From Macrostomum lignano (lineage: Eukaryota), in NCBI GenBank assembly GCA_002269645.1, contig NIVC01000875.1, forward strand, positions 124,001-188,000: a stretch of DNA of 64,000 bases. Reading direction: 5' to 3'. The notes beneath the pieces are model-generated. The model had not been told where the DNA came from, did no database searches, and saw nothing but the letters and a program-made list of their open reading frames with translations. Of the stretch, positions 21,885 to 36,700 are shown piece by piece. The position numbers and the translations under genes were made by a program. Each line of letters starts with the position of its first letter. The first letter of the stretch is position 1.

Positions 21885-23031
21885 AATGAGCTGGCTCTAC
21901 TCTCTCTGCAGCTGTCTCTACTCTCTCTCTGCAGCTGGCTCTACTCTCTCTGCAGCTGGCTCTACTCTCTCTCTGCAGCTGGCTCTACTCTCTCTGCAGC
22001 TGACTCTACTCTCTCTCTCTCTGCAGCTGGCTCTACTCTCTCTCTGCAACTTGCTCTACTCTCTCTGCAGCTGACTCTACGCTCGTACTCTCTCTCTCTC
22101 TCTGCAGCTGGCTCTACTCTCTCTCTGCAACTTGCTCTACTCTCTCTGCAGCTGACTCTACTCTCTCTCTCTCTGCAGCTGGCTCTACTCTCTCTCTGCA
22201 GCTTGCTCTACTCTCTCTGCAGCTGACTCTACTCTCTCTCTCTCTGCAGCTGGTTCTACTCTCTCTGCAGTTTTCTCTATTGTCTCTGCAGCTGGCTCTA
22301 CTCTCTCTCTGCAGCTTGCTCTACTCTCTCTGCAGCTGACTCTACTCTCTCTCTCTCTGCAGCTGGCTCTACTCTCTCTCTGCAGCTTGCTCTACTCTCT
22401 CTGCAGCTGACTCTACTCTCTCTCTCTCTCTGCAGCTGGCTCTACTCTCTCTGCAGTTTTCTCTATTGTCTCTGCAGCTGGCTCTACTCTCTCTCTGCAG
22501 CTTGCTCTACTCTCTCTGCAGCTGACTCTACTCTCTCTCTCTCTGCAGCTGGCTCTACTCTCTCTCTGCAGCTTGCTCTACTCTCTCTGCAGCTGACTCT
22601 ACTCTCTCTCTCTCTGCAGCTGGCTCTACTCTCTCTCTGCAGCTTGCTCTACTCTCTCTGCAGCTGACTCTACTCTCTCTCTCTCTGCAGCTGGCTCTAC
22701 TCTCTCTGCAACTTGCTCTACTCTCTCTGCAGCTGACTCTACTCTCTCTCTCTCTGCAGCTGGCTCTACTCTCTCTGCAGTTTTCTCTATTGTCTCTGCA
22801 GCTGGCTCTACTCTCTCTCTGCAGCTTGCTCTACTCTCTCTGCAGCTGACTCTACTCTCTCTCTCTCTCTCTGCAGCTGGCTCTACTCTCTCTGCAGTTT
22901 TCTCTATTGTCTCTGCAGCTGGCTCTACTCTCTCTCTGCAGCTTGCTCTACTCTCTCTGCAGCTGACTCTACTCTCTCTCTCTCTGCAGCTGGCTCTACT
23001 CTCTCTGCAGTTTTCTCTATTGTCTCTGCAG

Positions 23032-23077
<46 letters not shown>

Positions 23078-23203
23078 GCTGGCTCTACTCTCTCTGCAGC
23101 TGGCTCTACTCTCTCTCTCTCTCTGCAGCTGGCTCTACTCTCTCTGCAGCTGACTCTACTCTCTCTCTCTCTCCCTCTGCAGCTGGCTCTACTCTCTCCG
23201 CAG

Positions 23204-23238
<35 letters not shown>

Positions 23239-23242
23239 GCAG

Positions 23243-23275
<33 letters not shown>

Positions 23276-23279
23276 GCAG

Positions 23280-23310
<31 letters not shown>

Positions 23311-23335
23311 GCAGCTGGCTCTACTCTCTCTGCAG

Positions 23336-23393
<58 letters not shown>

Positions 23394-23448
23394 GCTGGCT
23401 CTACTCTCTCTGCAGCTGGCTCTACTCTCTCTCTCTCTCTCTCTGCAG

Positions 23449-23496
<48 letters not shown>

Positions 23497-23560
23497 GCTG
23501 GCTCTACTCTCTCTGCAGCTGGCTCTACTCTCTCTGCAGCTGGCTCTACTCTCTCTGCAG

Positions 23561-23591
<31 letters not shown>

Positions 23592-23747
23592 GCAGCTGGC
23601 TCTACTCTCTCTCTCTCTCTCTCTGCAGCTGGCTCTACTCTCTCTGCAGCTGGCTCTACTCTCTCTGCAGCTGACTCTACTCTCTCTGTCTCTCTCTCTC
23701 TGCAGCTGGCTCTACTCTCTCTGCAGCTGGCTCTACTCTCTCTGCAG

Positions 23748-23782
<35 letters not shown>

Positions 23783-23811
23783 GCAGCTGTCTCTACCCTC
23801 TCTGCAGCTGA

Positions 23812-23842
<31 letters not shown>

Positions 23843-23951
23843 GCAGCTGGCTCTACTCTCTCTGCAGCTGGCTCTACTCTCTCTGCAGCTGACTCTACTC
23901 TCTCTGCAGCTGGCTCTACTCTCTCTGCAGCTGGCTCTACTCTCTCTGCAG

Positions 23952-23982
<31 letters not shown>

Positions 23983-24113
23983 GCAGCTGTCTCTACTCTC
24001 TCTGCAGCTGGCTCTACTCTCTCTCTCTCTGCAGCTGGCTCTACTCTCTCTCTCTCTCTGCAGCTGGCTCTACTCTCTCTCTCTCTCTGCAGCTGGCTCT
24101 ACTCTCTCTGCAG

Positions 24114-24155
<42 letters not shown>

Positions 24156-24180
24156 GCTGGCTCTACTCTCTCTCTGCAGC
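21885..24180 (+). repeat. Compound satellite CTGCAGCTGGCTCTA(CT)n, about 2.3 kb
   Basis: Direct reading. A constant core carries a variable (CT)n tract. Confidence 0.95.
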
Positions 24181-24769
24181 TAAATCAACAGCTCTGAAAT
24201 TAAATACGTGAAAATCGGAAGAACTCAAGACAGGGAATAGAAAAGTTTATTAAATTTTGTATGAAATTTGAGCAGCTCACATAAATATTTGAGCAGATTT
24301 GAATCAAGAAATTGGTTTCACAAATTTGCGAATTCCATTCAGGTCTGTTAAGAATTTCCAGTCTGCTGGAAAAATATCAGCATCTGATTACAAAAATCTG
24401 AAAAATACAACGCCTGTCTCAATGCCTGTCGAATCTTGAGTGTGACTTTTTAGAAATCTTATCTTAAAGCCAAATCAGACAGTCACAGAAAATTAAATAA
24501 AACATTAGAACGTCTAATTATGCTAAAGTACATTGTACAAAAGTGCACAAGTACGAGCTACATCTTTCAGCACTGCAGACGCTGCAAAGGAATAATGGAA
24601 ACGCCAACTGAAGAATCCGAGGGGACTTTTAGTCTAAAGCTCCTAAAGTTCTTTTTAGTAGTCCTCAGCCAAGTACTGTTAGCTCAACTTTCAAAAAAAG
24701 AAATTTTAATTAATAAGTAGCATACAGAAAGATCCTAAAACTTCATAGATGATTTTAAAGCAACTCGGC

Positions 24770-27700
24770 TTAGCGCTGAGAGCCAGAATTTTTCCTCAAA
24801 AAGTCGTGCTCGAACAGCTTTTCTGCCGAGTGTCGCTCCCGGCGGTCCTTGGCGGTGCAGTGGCTGTAGAAATCCTGAAGCTCTGCGGATCGGCCGTCCG
24901 GCATGGCGGGGGCGCCGCTGTTTCTGATTCTATCAGCGACTTGATTAATGTCTTGGGCATCTCTGAACGGCCTCGCGCCAGACGCCATCTGGAAGACCGA
25001 GCAGCCGAACGCCCAGATGTCCGACTCTCTGCTGTACTGCACGCTGTCCGACTCTCCCGCTCCGAGCAGCTCTGGCGCCATGAAGTTCAGAGTGCCTTTG
25101 GGTGACTGAGTGGAGGCTGACATGTGGCTGACTGACTGCTCCAGCTTGATTGACAGGCCGAAGTCGATCAGCTTGACTCGCGTGTTGTCAGCACAAACAA
25201 TTATGTTCGAGCAGTTGATGTCTCTGTGGATCACAGGCGGCTGCCGGCTGTGCAGGTAGAGCAGCGCGCGGCAGATCTGCGAGCGGTCGGTCAGTGAGCA
25301 GTCATCATTCATGGGAACATGGAACAGTAGCATCAAGGATGCACAATGCTCACCTGCTCGCTGAAGTCTCGAATCTTTGGTTCTTCCAGCGGCTTGTTGT
25401 CGATAAACCTCTCCAAGCTTCGGCCGTCCAGCAGCTCCATGAACACAATGACTGTGGCGGGCTCCGGCTGAGCGATGTGCAAGAACCTGACGATGTTGGG
25501 ATGTCGCAGTCGGCACAGATTTCTCTCGCTCTTTACAGCTTTATCGATTTTCTTCGTTTTCGTCTCCTTCTGATCGCCGAGCTGCACAGGCAGATTGAGA
25601 GTCTTGGCGGCGCACCTGATGCCTCTGTCGGTGACAACTTCCTGGATGTCACCAAAAAATCCTCTTGCAACAAAGCGAACGAAGTCCCAGCTGTCCCTGA
25701 AAACGGGGCTGTTAGGAAATTTCGAAAGGGAGTCAGGAAGCGTTAAGCCGCATATTGGAATTTTGACATCGTGAAAGGAATTTGTTGGATTTCATATTGA
25801 GTAAAACTCAGCTGCCGCAGCAGCCCCGCTCCGACAGATTCGCATCAACTCACTCGAAGTGTTTCTGATTCGGAGCAGGGCTTCTGCTTTATCCACTCGA
25901 ATTGAGCACAATTTATATCTTGTAGCTTAAAACTGGTGCTTTAGGGCTCCTTACCGAAAGTATGCAGCGTATAATCAGTTTGAGAACAGTGAGCCACTTG
26001 ATTACTGATAAAAAGTGCAACACTGGTCTCACATCTGCATGAGCGTCATATCTAATCTGTCTATAAAGCTGACCGAATTACTGTACATTTGTACCTGACG
26101 ATAAAGAACTCGTGGTCCAGCAGCTCCTGTACGGACTTTCTGCTTTTGCGGTCCATGTCGGTGCAGCGGCTGTAAAAATCTCTCAGCTCTGCGGACAGGC
26201 CGTCCGAAAGGGCGGGAGCGCCCCTCCTGTCGATCAGCTGGACCATTTCTAACAGGCTTCTGGCATTCGCGAACGGCCTCGCACCCGAGGCCATCTGGAA
26301 GACCGAGCAGCCGAACGCCCAGATGTCCGACTCTCTGCTGTACTGCACGCTGTCCGACTCTCCCGCTCCGAGCAGCTCTGGCGCCATGAAGTTCAGAGTG
26401 CCTTTGGGTGACTGAGTGGAGGCTGACATGTGGCTGACTGACTGCTCCAGCTTGATTGACAGGCCGAAGTCGATCAGCTTGACTCGCGTGTTGTCAGCAC
26501 AAACAATTATGTTCGAGCAGTTGATGTCTCTGTGGATCACAGGCGGCTGCCGGCTGTGCAGGTAGAGCAGCGCGCGGCAGATCTGCGAGCGGTCGGTCAG
26601 TGAGCAGTCATCATTCATGGGAACATGGAACAGTAGCATCAAGGATGCACAATGCTCACCTGCTCGCTGAAGTCTCGAATCTTTGGTTCTTCCAGCGGCT
26701 TGTTGTCGATAAACCTCTCCAAGCTTCGGCCGTCCAGCAGCTCCATGAACACAATGACTGTGGCGGGCTCCGGCTGAGCGATGTGCAAGAACCTGACGAT
26801 GTTGGGATGTCGCAGTCGGCACAGATTTCTCTCGCTCTTTACAGCTTTATCGATTTTCTTCGTTTTCGTCTCCTTCTGATCGCCGAGCTGCACAGGCAGA
26901 TTGAGAGTCTTGGCGGCGCACCTGATGCCTCTGTCGGTGACAACTTCCTGGATGTCACCAAAAAATCCTCTTGCAACAAAGCGAACGAAGTCCCAGCTGT
27001 CCCTGAAAACGGGGCTGTTAGGAAATTTCGAAAGGGAGTCAGGAAGCGTTAAGCCGCATATTGGAATTTTGACATCGTGAAAGGAATTTGTTGGATTTCA
27101 TATTGAGTAAAACTCAGCTGCCGCAGCAGCCCCGCTCCGACAGATTCGCATCAACTCACTCGAAGTGTTTCTGATTCGGAGCAGGGCTTCTGCTTTATCC
27201 ACTCGAATTGAGCACAATTTATATCTTGTAGCTTAAAACTGGTGCTTTAGGGCTCCTTACCGAAAGTATGCAGCGTATAATCAGTTTGAGAACAGTGAGC
27301 CACTTGATTACTGATAAAAAGTGCAACACTGGTCTCACATCTGCATGAGCGTCATATCTAATCTGTCTATAAAGCTGACCGAATTACTGTACATTTGTAC
27401 CTGACGATAAAGAACTCGTGGTCCAGCAGCTCCTGTACGGACTTTCTGCTTTTGCGGTCCATGTCGGTGCAGCGGCTGTAAAAATCTCTCAGCTCTGCGG
27501 ACAGGCCGTCCGAAAGGGCGGGAGCGCCCCTCCTGTCGATCAGCTGGACCATTTCTAACAGGCTTCTGGCATTCGCGAACGGCCTCGCACCCGAGGCCAT
27601 CTGGAAGACCGAGCAGCCGAACGCCCAGATGTCCGACTCTCTGCTGTACTGCACGCTGTCCGACTCTCCCGCTCCGAGCAGCTCTGGCGCCATGAAGTTC

Positions 27701-30700
27701 AGAGTGCCTTTGGGTGACTGAGTGGAGGCTGACATGTGGCTGACTGACTGCTCCAGCTTGATTGACAGGCCGAAGTCGATCAGCTTGACTCGCGTGTTGT
27801 CAGCACAAACAATTATGTTCGAGCAGTTGATGTCTCTGTGGATCACAGGCGGCTGCCGGCTGTGCAGGTAGAGCAGCGCGCGGCAGATCTGCGAGCGGTC
27901 GGTCAGTGAGCAGTCATCATTCATGGGAACATGGAACAGTAGCATCAAGGATGCACAATGCTCACCTGCTCGCTGAAGTCTCGAATCTTTGGTTCTTCCA
28001 GCGGCTTGTTGTCGATAAACCTCTCCAAGCTTCGGCCGTCCAGCAGCTCCATGAACACAATGACTGTGGCGGGCTCCGGCTGAGCGATGTGCAAGAACCT
28101 GACGATGTTGGGATGTCGCAGTCGGCACAGGTTTCTCTCGCTCTCGACAGCTCTGTGGATCTGTGTGCTCACAGAGAGCAGCTCATCACCGAGCTGCACA
28201 GGCAGTCTGAGAGTCTTGGCAGCGCACGTGACGCCCGTGTCAGTTCGAACTTTGTGGACTTCGCCGAAGCCACCGCGGCCGATGAGGCGAACGGCGTCCC
28301 AGCGCTTCAGGAACAGGGGGCCTACGGGTCTGAATGGATGCGAATTGGGGCAATGAGGGAAAATTTGCATGCTGTAGCTGTCTGTGCTGTAGCTGTGTGT
28401 GCTGTAGCTGTGTGTGCTGTAGCTGTGAGTGATGTAGTTGTGTGCTGTAGCTGTGTGTGCTGTAGCTGTGTTTGCTGTAGCTGTGTGTGCTGTGCTGTAT
28501 TTTTGTGTGCTGTAGCTGTGTGCTGTAGCTGTGTGTGCTGTAGCTGTGTGTGCTGTAGTTGTGTGCTGTACCTGTGAGTGATGTAGCTGTGTGCTGTAGC
28601 TGTGTGTGCTGTAGCTGTGTGTGCTGTAGCTGTGTGCTGTAGCTGTGTGTGCTGTAGCTGTGTGTGCCGTAGCTGTGTGTGCTGTAGCTGTGTGTGCCGT
28701 AGCTGTGTGTGCTGTAGCTGTGTGTGCTGTAGCTGTGTGTGCTGTAGCTGTGTGTGCTGTAGCTGTGTGTGCTGTAGCTGTGTGTGCTGTAGCTGTGTGT
28801 GCTGTTGCTGTGTGTGCTGTAGCTGTGTGTGCTGTAGCTGTGTGTGCTGTAGCTGTGTGTGCTGTAGCTGTGTGTGCTGTTGCTGTGTGTGCTGTAGCTG
28901 TGTGTGCTGTAGCTGCGTGTGCTGTTGCTGTGTGTACTGAAGGAACTTACGGCAGTGCCAGAGGCTCGTCGAAGTAAATCTGGTCGTGGTACCTAAATAG
29001 GCAGGGCGGAGTCTGAAGTCAGGAAATTCAGATAGGAGTCCATGCTCTGTGCTTTTTGCATATTTTATCTCGTTTTTTCATTCTGCTTCGAATGTCTAAT
29101 ACTAGCGAAGATAGATGACCAATGTAAGTTCTTAGACTTTTAGTTTCAGAGCAAACAAGTAGCAGCTGCATGCACAACTTTGATGTCATTTTAATGCGGC
29201 AAAAATCTTCTTTTAAATGAATTCAGTCGCGTGTATTTTGGTCCTTTTCTTCAAAAGTTATGTCTGAAAAAACATTGCAATGCCTGACACTACGAGCGTA
29301 TAAGTGCCTGACAGACAGTCTGACAGTAAAAAGGGAAAAACTAAACGAATTATAGTCATTCAACGTCATCATCAACCTTCAAGGCAGCTTTCTTAACATA
29401 GTCTCCACCTGTAACAAAACACTTTTCCATCGCTTGAGCATTCCGTGCCTTTGGCCTTCTATCGATTGCACACTCATGATGATGTCAAAAGTCACAAAAA
29501 TAAAAAAATTGACTAAGAAAAATATCGCAAGGTGCAAAACTCAACAAGTTGAGTGTATGTAATACTCAACACAGAAGAGGTGGACTGTGAGAGAGGGATG
29601 CAGTGTACATTAGAGCTGCATTGCTTGCTCTAAGTTATGAAATTCACCTTTTATTGTAAGACTATCAATGGAAATGATGCCAGGATGTACCGCTTCAAAA
29701 TGACACCAAATTCGCGCTTGCAGCTGCTACTGTTTTTGCTCTGAAAGTAAGTGTCAGATCATTCCTGAAAACCCTCATAATATTACAGAAGAGTACCAAA
29801 AAGTAACTATTCCTGTTAATTTTGAGCTCAAAATGTTTCTTGCTGGTGTCTCAGCTCGCAAGCAGCTGAACATTAATATTCAACTGGCAATCTTCAGTCA
29901 AACTGCACTGCAAACTTCCTCATACAACTCAGTCAGTCCCTGCTGCCCATTTAAACTACAAAACTGTAAAAATGCCCACTTAAAGAAACTGCAGTCAGCT
30001 GCTCAATATTCAATTATTGTAACTTTCACCCAGACGCAATAACAAAATATTTTGGCCATTATTCCACAGTTTTGATATGTACCATAGACGTTTGGATTGA
30101 AAAAATCCATCGCACAGTATTTTTGTTATTAAATACAGAAAATCAAAAAAATGAACAAAAAGGAAAAAAATAATTAAAACTAAACTACCAGCTACACGAA
30201 AAGCGTTCATGATAAATGTCACAGCTAGTGCAGTTTATCAGCTTGTAGTCGAAATTTGACAATGTGAAAATCAATTTGTCACCCGAGGCAAAGTGAAACA
30301 TGCAGTTCTCAAAGCCGCAGTTCCCAAAGATGCTCGACACTTTAAGCGAAATCAGCACTCACCACAGTGTGTCTATGGTCAAACTAAGCCACACAACTCA
30401 GTTGTCTATGGGTAAAATAACTCTTTAAACAGCCAATTGAAGCATGATAAAAAATGTGGAATAACGGCCGCAAAAGTGTGGAATAATGGCCGCAAAAGTG
30501 TGGAATAATGGCCGCAAAAGAATCCCAACTTGGATACTGTGGCGAAAGAAGCTCATCAGACGAAGCTCATCAATCGCAAGCCAAGACGTGCATCTTTCAA
30601 ATGGTAAGTTCGGTAACTATACTTGAGCACCTGTATTTCTCTTTTATAAAAAACATTCAAAATAGACGAACTCCTTTAGCAGTACCAAATCATCAGTTAC

Positions 30701-33700
30701 TATCTGTAGATTGATTTCATTAGATACTATACAATCTACCACTAATTACAGCATAATGTTTATCAATGATAAATCAAAGTCAGACAGACATTTTCAGTCG
30801 CTATGGAAACTCACCCACCCAGCAGATCAGCCAGTTCGATATTTCCCTTCTGTATTGACAATTCCAGCGCAGTCCTGCCGTCTCCGATCTTCAGGCTCCA
30901 ATCCGCCCCTGAGTACAGCAGAGCCCGACCGACTGCGGCGGCGGTGGTGGGGGGCGCCCCGTTTGCTGCCCGCATGAGAGGCGTGGATTCCCACCAATCC
31001 CTGGCATTGGCTGAGGCTCCGGCAGCCAGCAGAGCGGAGGTTGCGGCAAAATTGCCAGCCCTGGCTGCATGGTGCAGGCAACTCTCAGCCCATATATTCG
31101 CACAGGTGGGGTCACCCAGCTGCACCAGCTGCTCCCACAGAGCCTCATCACCGCACGAGCTGTTCTGAGCTGCCCACATCAACGCGGCGCAACCCTCATT
31201 GTCTGGCAGGTCGCAGCTGCCGCGGGTCACCGCTCGCCGCAGCCCCGCCGAGTCGCCCGCCTTGGCCAGCCGCTGCAGTTCCTGTCGATCCGCCTCCTCC
31301 TGTAAAAGCGAGCGGGAAATTTGAGCACAGCTGCTCAGCTGCAGCCGCATCGGCACAGCAGATGCCGCTCACCTGGGCTGTCAGGCCGGAGATCCTGCCA
31401 AATGCATCCACAACCAGCCGCATCTCCCTGCAACAGAAAAAAATGTGCAGCGAATTCGCAAATCATTTATTATGAAAAATTTAGTGAAAAGAAATTCCTA
31501 ATTATCTGAGCTGCTCGCTGGTGGAGTTTCCAAGAGGACTGCAGCAGCTCTGCAACAATCAGCATTGGCGAGAGAGCATCCGACTTCTCACACGCAGCTC
31601 ATTTTCCATTTCTGCAGCATGAGTTTCCTTCCATCTCACAATATATTAATATAGTTAGGCATCCACAATATAGATTGTGGACGAGGCGCGAAGCCTCGTC
31701 TGTTTCGCTCATTTCTGCCCTCAACAGCCTAACTAAATTAGTATTGTAGCCAATCTAAGCCTGCCAACGAAGCGGGCGAGAAATACCATTTCACGCCCGC
31801 TGAATCCATTCTATGGTCCAATTCCATTTGAAGTAAGCTATTGGCTTCATTTCTCGCCCACTTCTTCTTGACTTTTCTATGGCCTAAGCACTCGAGACCT
31901 GTCATATTAAGTCATGTTGAAGTCATGTTAGAAAGAAAAATTCATCGTGTTTTTTTTCCTTTACTGTTTGTCGAATATGCTGCGTTATTTTTCAATACGC
32001 GAAGTCGAAATTAGTGGATTGAGCTCAGATGAGCTCGATTTCATCACGCATCTCGATCCTCGGGACCATGTCGACAGAATCGGTCAATGGACAGGGCTGA
32101 CGGATGAGCAAGAGAGGCTAATTGATGAGGAACTACGCAATCCTACGCCGGAAGATCCCGTTGGAAACCTGTTTCGTGAATTGACCGAAGAAGAAGAAGC
32201 TGGCCTACATCATGTGGAGCAAGAAAGTAAACGGAAGTCGACGATTAAGCAAACTGAATTGCATATTCGCAAACTAAAAGTTTCTACGCGCGGCGAATTT
32301 ACCTGATCAAATCGAGAATATGCCAGTGAGGTATCTCAACTCCTATCTACGCCTGTTCTTCGTTCAGTTTAACTTTAATCAATCAAACTAAGGTCAGAAG
32401 GTATACCGCGTGAGAAATCGAAAGACTTGTCAATGGACTATATATCTAATGTTTATCTCATGTTAATGTTAATATCTCATGTTAATGCTAATACACCTTT
32501 CACGTTCAATTTTGAACAAAGTCCAGTTCTAAAAAAAACTAGCGGAAATTCAATTCAGACAATTCTGACTGGGGCAACAAACCCCAGTTCAAAACATTAT
32601 GCAACCGAAGCAAGTTTTAGCCATTGACAAAATTGTCCCCAGTCTGAATTGTCTGAATTGAATTTCCGCTAGTTTTTTTAGAACTGGACTTTGTTCAAAA
32701 TTGAACGTGAAAAGGTGTATTAGCTCAAAATATACACATAGTTTCTTTGTGCCCACTTGGGACCATAGACAACTTTTGCTGGCGGGCAGACATCGTTGCT
32801 TTCACCCTCGTTTCGGCAGGCTTAGGACTGCTACAATGTCTCACAAAGCACTCACGCACAGCCTCTCAGTTCTCCATCTGCAGCTCAACCCACACACTCT
32901 CACTGCACACCGAGGCCCTACATGTTGTATATTAGCAGAGAAGAGACAGAGTATGCCTCCCAGCCCAATGTTTTGTTGTCTAGGGCACAACCTATTATTT
33001 TATAATAAAGTAGTTACAATATGAATCCCAAGAGGAGTTTGTATCAACCAGAGCAATACGATAGCTCGAACCGCTTAAGCGAACCATTGCCTTCTTACTT
33101 AAATGTAGCAGTTCCACGTCGGAGCAGAAGACATAACAATGGCGACGAGTACTAAAATAGGCGAGTTTGACGTGGCTAAGCCGGATCAATGGGAAGCCTA
33201 CGAAGAGCGGCTAGAACAATTTCTCGTCGTGAATAAAGTGACCGAGGAGGCACAAAAGCGAGCGAGCTTGATCACAGTGATAGGCAATGACTGTTATCAG
33301 TTACTACGCAACCTGCTATCGCCTAAGAAGCCAAAGGATGTGGCGTACGAGGAACAAGTGAAGACGCTGAGGGAACACATCAACTCAAAGCCGAAGATTG
33401 TCGTCGAGCGGTACAACTTCCACAGCAGAGTCCAACACGAAGGATAAACAGTGAGTGACTTTGTTGCAAGTTTGCGGAGGTTGGCAGCCACGTGTGGTTT
33501 TGACAAGTTCTTGGAGGAGGCACTGAGAGACAGGTTCGTCGTTGGCCTCAGAAACAGGCTCATCCAGCAGCGATTGCTACAAGAAGAGACACTGACCCTG
33601 TCGAGTGCACTAACGCTAGCGACTGCGATGGAAGCAGCAGAGCGAGGAGTCGTGACTATCACCTCCGCCACAGGAGTCGATCATCGTGTCAATTTCTCGA

Positions 33701-36700
33701 AGGAAACTAACAAGCAATCAACTGCAGCGCAACATGGGAAAAGGAGCCGCGCCCAAGATGGATGTTTCCGCTGTAACGCGAAGGATCATTGGGCAAGGAG
33801 CTGTCCAAATAGGAATAAAACGTGCAGCAAATGCGTCCGAGTAGGACATCTTAGCGATGCATGCCGTACAAAGGACAAGGCAAAAGAGTCTGGAAGTGGC
33901 AGGTCGAAGCGATTCAACTTTTCAAAACGTGGGAAGTCCGGTAAGGTGCATTACGCATGGAATTTCGACAGTGAGTCAGAAAGTGAGGGTTCGGACTGCA
34001 GTGGTCGAGACAAGCATTCCGAAATCAGGACTGTGTTTGCTACAGGAATGGCTGGCTTTAGTGGATCAGCACCGTATATGTGCGAGTTAAATATAAATGG
34101 GCATTTTGTAAATTTCCAACTGGATACTGGCGCAGACAAGACCCTTATTAACGAAAATACTGGCAAGAAAATTGGCTTAAGGTGGTCTAAATCTAATGTT
34201 AGACTGTCAAGTTACACAGATCATCTCATACTAGTTCTGGGCGAAGCTACTGTTACCGTAACTATCAGGAAAGACAGTATCAACTAACTGCGCTTGTTGT
34301 GAAGGGAGACAGAGTGAATCTTTTAGGTCGGGACTGGCTCTCTTCGTTGAAAATTGACTGGAGCAAGTTTGCCCATGTGAAAACAACAACGTTGGTTCCG
34401 CCTATCGAGCGGTTAATGAAGAAGTATGATCAAGTGTTTGCTGAAAGCCTTGGCACTATCAAAGGGTTAAAGGCCAGAATACTGTTGAAAGAAAACTTCA
34501 TTCCAAAGTTTTGCAAGAGTCGACCGGTGCCATTTGCGATCAAAAGCCTCATTGAAGAAGAGCTGGCCAATTTGCAAGCTCAAGGCATAATCAGAAAAAT
34601 GAGCGCATCAGACTTTGCATCTCCGATTGTCCCAGTTTTGAAGCGCGATGGAAAATCCGTAAGGATTTGCGCTGATTTCAAGAGAACCGTTAATCCTCAA
34701 TTGGAGTTTGACAAGTACCCTCTGCCGAAACCGGAAGAAATTTTTGCAACTCTGAATGGTGGAAGAGTCTTCTCGAAATTGGATATTTTGCAAGCGTTTT
34801 TACAACTGGAACTGGAGGATTCGTGCAAAAAGTTCGCTACAATTAACACACATCTGGGTTTGTTCCAATACGATTGACTAACAATGGGTCTGGCATCCCT
34901 GCGCAATTTTAAGAAGCGATGAAGAAAATTTTACAAGGCTTGGAAATAGTTGTCTATATAGACGACATTCTTGTATCCGGCAGTTGTTGGGAAGACCACG
35001 ACAAAAGGTTGGAAGCTGTATTAGAACGTCTTTTAGCTCACGGTGTGCGTTTGAATAGAAAAAAGTGTGAATTCTGCCTAAACAGGATTGAATTCTTGGG
35101 CTACGTTATCGATGAATCGGGAATCCATCCCTCGAAAGAGAAAGTTCAGGCAATTCATGAAGCTCCAACACCAACTAACGTGTCAGAGGTTCGTTCCTTG
35201 ATAGGAATGATCAGCTATTGTGGAAAGTTTATTCCAAACCTATCATCAATACTGGTACCTCTCAACAGACTGTTGCACAAAGACGCAGAGTTTCATTGGA
35301 GTGAGGCGTGCTCGGCAGCATTCGAGAAAATGAAGGCAACTCTAACTTCTGAGCGTGTTCTGGCTCATTTTGATCCTAAGAATCAGCTTGTGTTGCAAAC
35401 GGACGCCTCCAAATATGGAATCGGGTGTGTCATCTCACATTTGATGCTGAATGGCGAGGAAAGGCCTGTAGCGTTTGCTTCGAGAACTCTAACAAAACCT
35501 GAGATCAACTACTCTCAACTAGAGAAAGAAGCGCTGGCCATCGTCTTCGGAGTTAAAAGATTTCACCAATATCTTTTTGGACATCATTTTATACTAGTGA
35601 CTGACCATAAACCCCTACTGACCATTTTTGGAGACAAGAAGGACATTCCGAGCATCGCAGCAAGCAGACTACAGCGCTGGGCCGTGTTGCTTTCTGCCCA
35701 TCAGTATACCATCAAATTCAGAAGAACAGAGGATCATTCGAATGCTGACGCACTTTCACGTCTCCCAGTGGCTGGTAATATCAGCAAGGTTGATCGTGTC
35801 TTGGAGGTGAGGCTAGAAATGCTACCAGTCAACGCAGAAACAATACGAACCGAGACACAGAAAGATTCACAGCTTCAGAGAGTTCTTCGATACTGTCAAA
35901 ATGGGTGGCCAGAGACCTGTGAGCAAGAGCTGGAACAGTTCTTCAGGAAGCGGAACGAGTTTTGCATTGAGCAAGGTGTGCTGTTTTGGGGAATAAGAGC
36001 AATTATTCCAAGAAGCTTACAACAGGTTGTGTTAGAACTGCTTCATGATGGACATCCAGGAATTGTTGCAATGAAATCCATAGCTAGACTGCATGTATGG
36101 TTCCCAAGAATCGACAAGGCTATAAAAGCCCTAGTCCGTAGTTGTGAAGGCTTTCAGCTGCAAAGGAATTTGCCTGCAAAAGCACCAGTTCAACTTCTTG
36201 TCTGGCCAGAAAGGCCTTGGACTCGAATTCAACTGGACTACATGGGACCATTCCATGGATACTACTGGCTCGTTATAGTCGATGCAACAAGTAAATGGGT
36301 TGAGATCTTTCCCATGAAGCACGCAACTACCAACAGGACGATAGAATGTCTACGAGAAACGTTCGCACGATTTGGCATCCCACAGCAAGTGTTGAGTGAC
36401 AATGGTAGCCAATTCTGCTCAGCTGAGTTCCGTACTTTCCTAGAGCGGAATAACATCCTACAGATTTTGACAGCTCTTGGACATCCGCGTACCAACGGAC
36501 TTAGTGAAAGAATGGTGCAAACAGCAAAGTCTGCCATCAAAGCAGGAATTAAGACTCACGGTGATCCAATCTTGAGCATGCAGAACTTTCTGTTCCGCTA
36601 CCGCAGTACACCTCATTCAACAACCGGTAGAACACCAGCAGAGATAATGTTATGCTACAGCCGCAGGACACGGTTGGATTTTCTCAAGCCGGATGCTTAC

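Noticed and set aside
30013-30745. Insertion in the intron after ANK block 2 of gene B, with CCATAGAC/GTCTATGG motifs
   Set aside because: It is probably TE-derived, but I could not define matching termini with a TSD.
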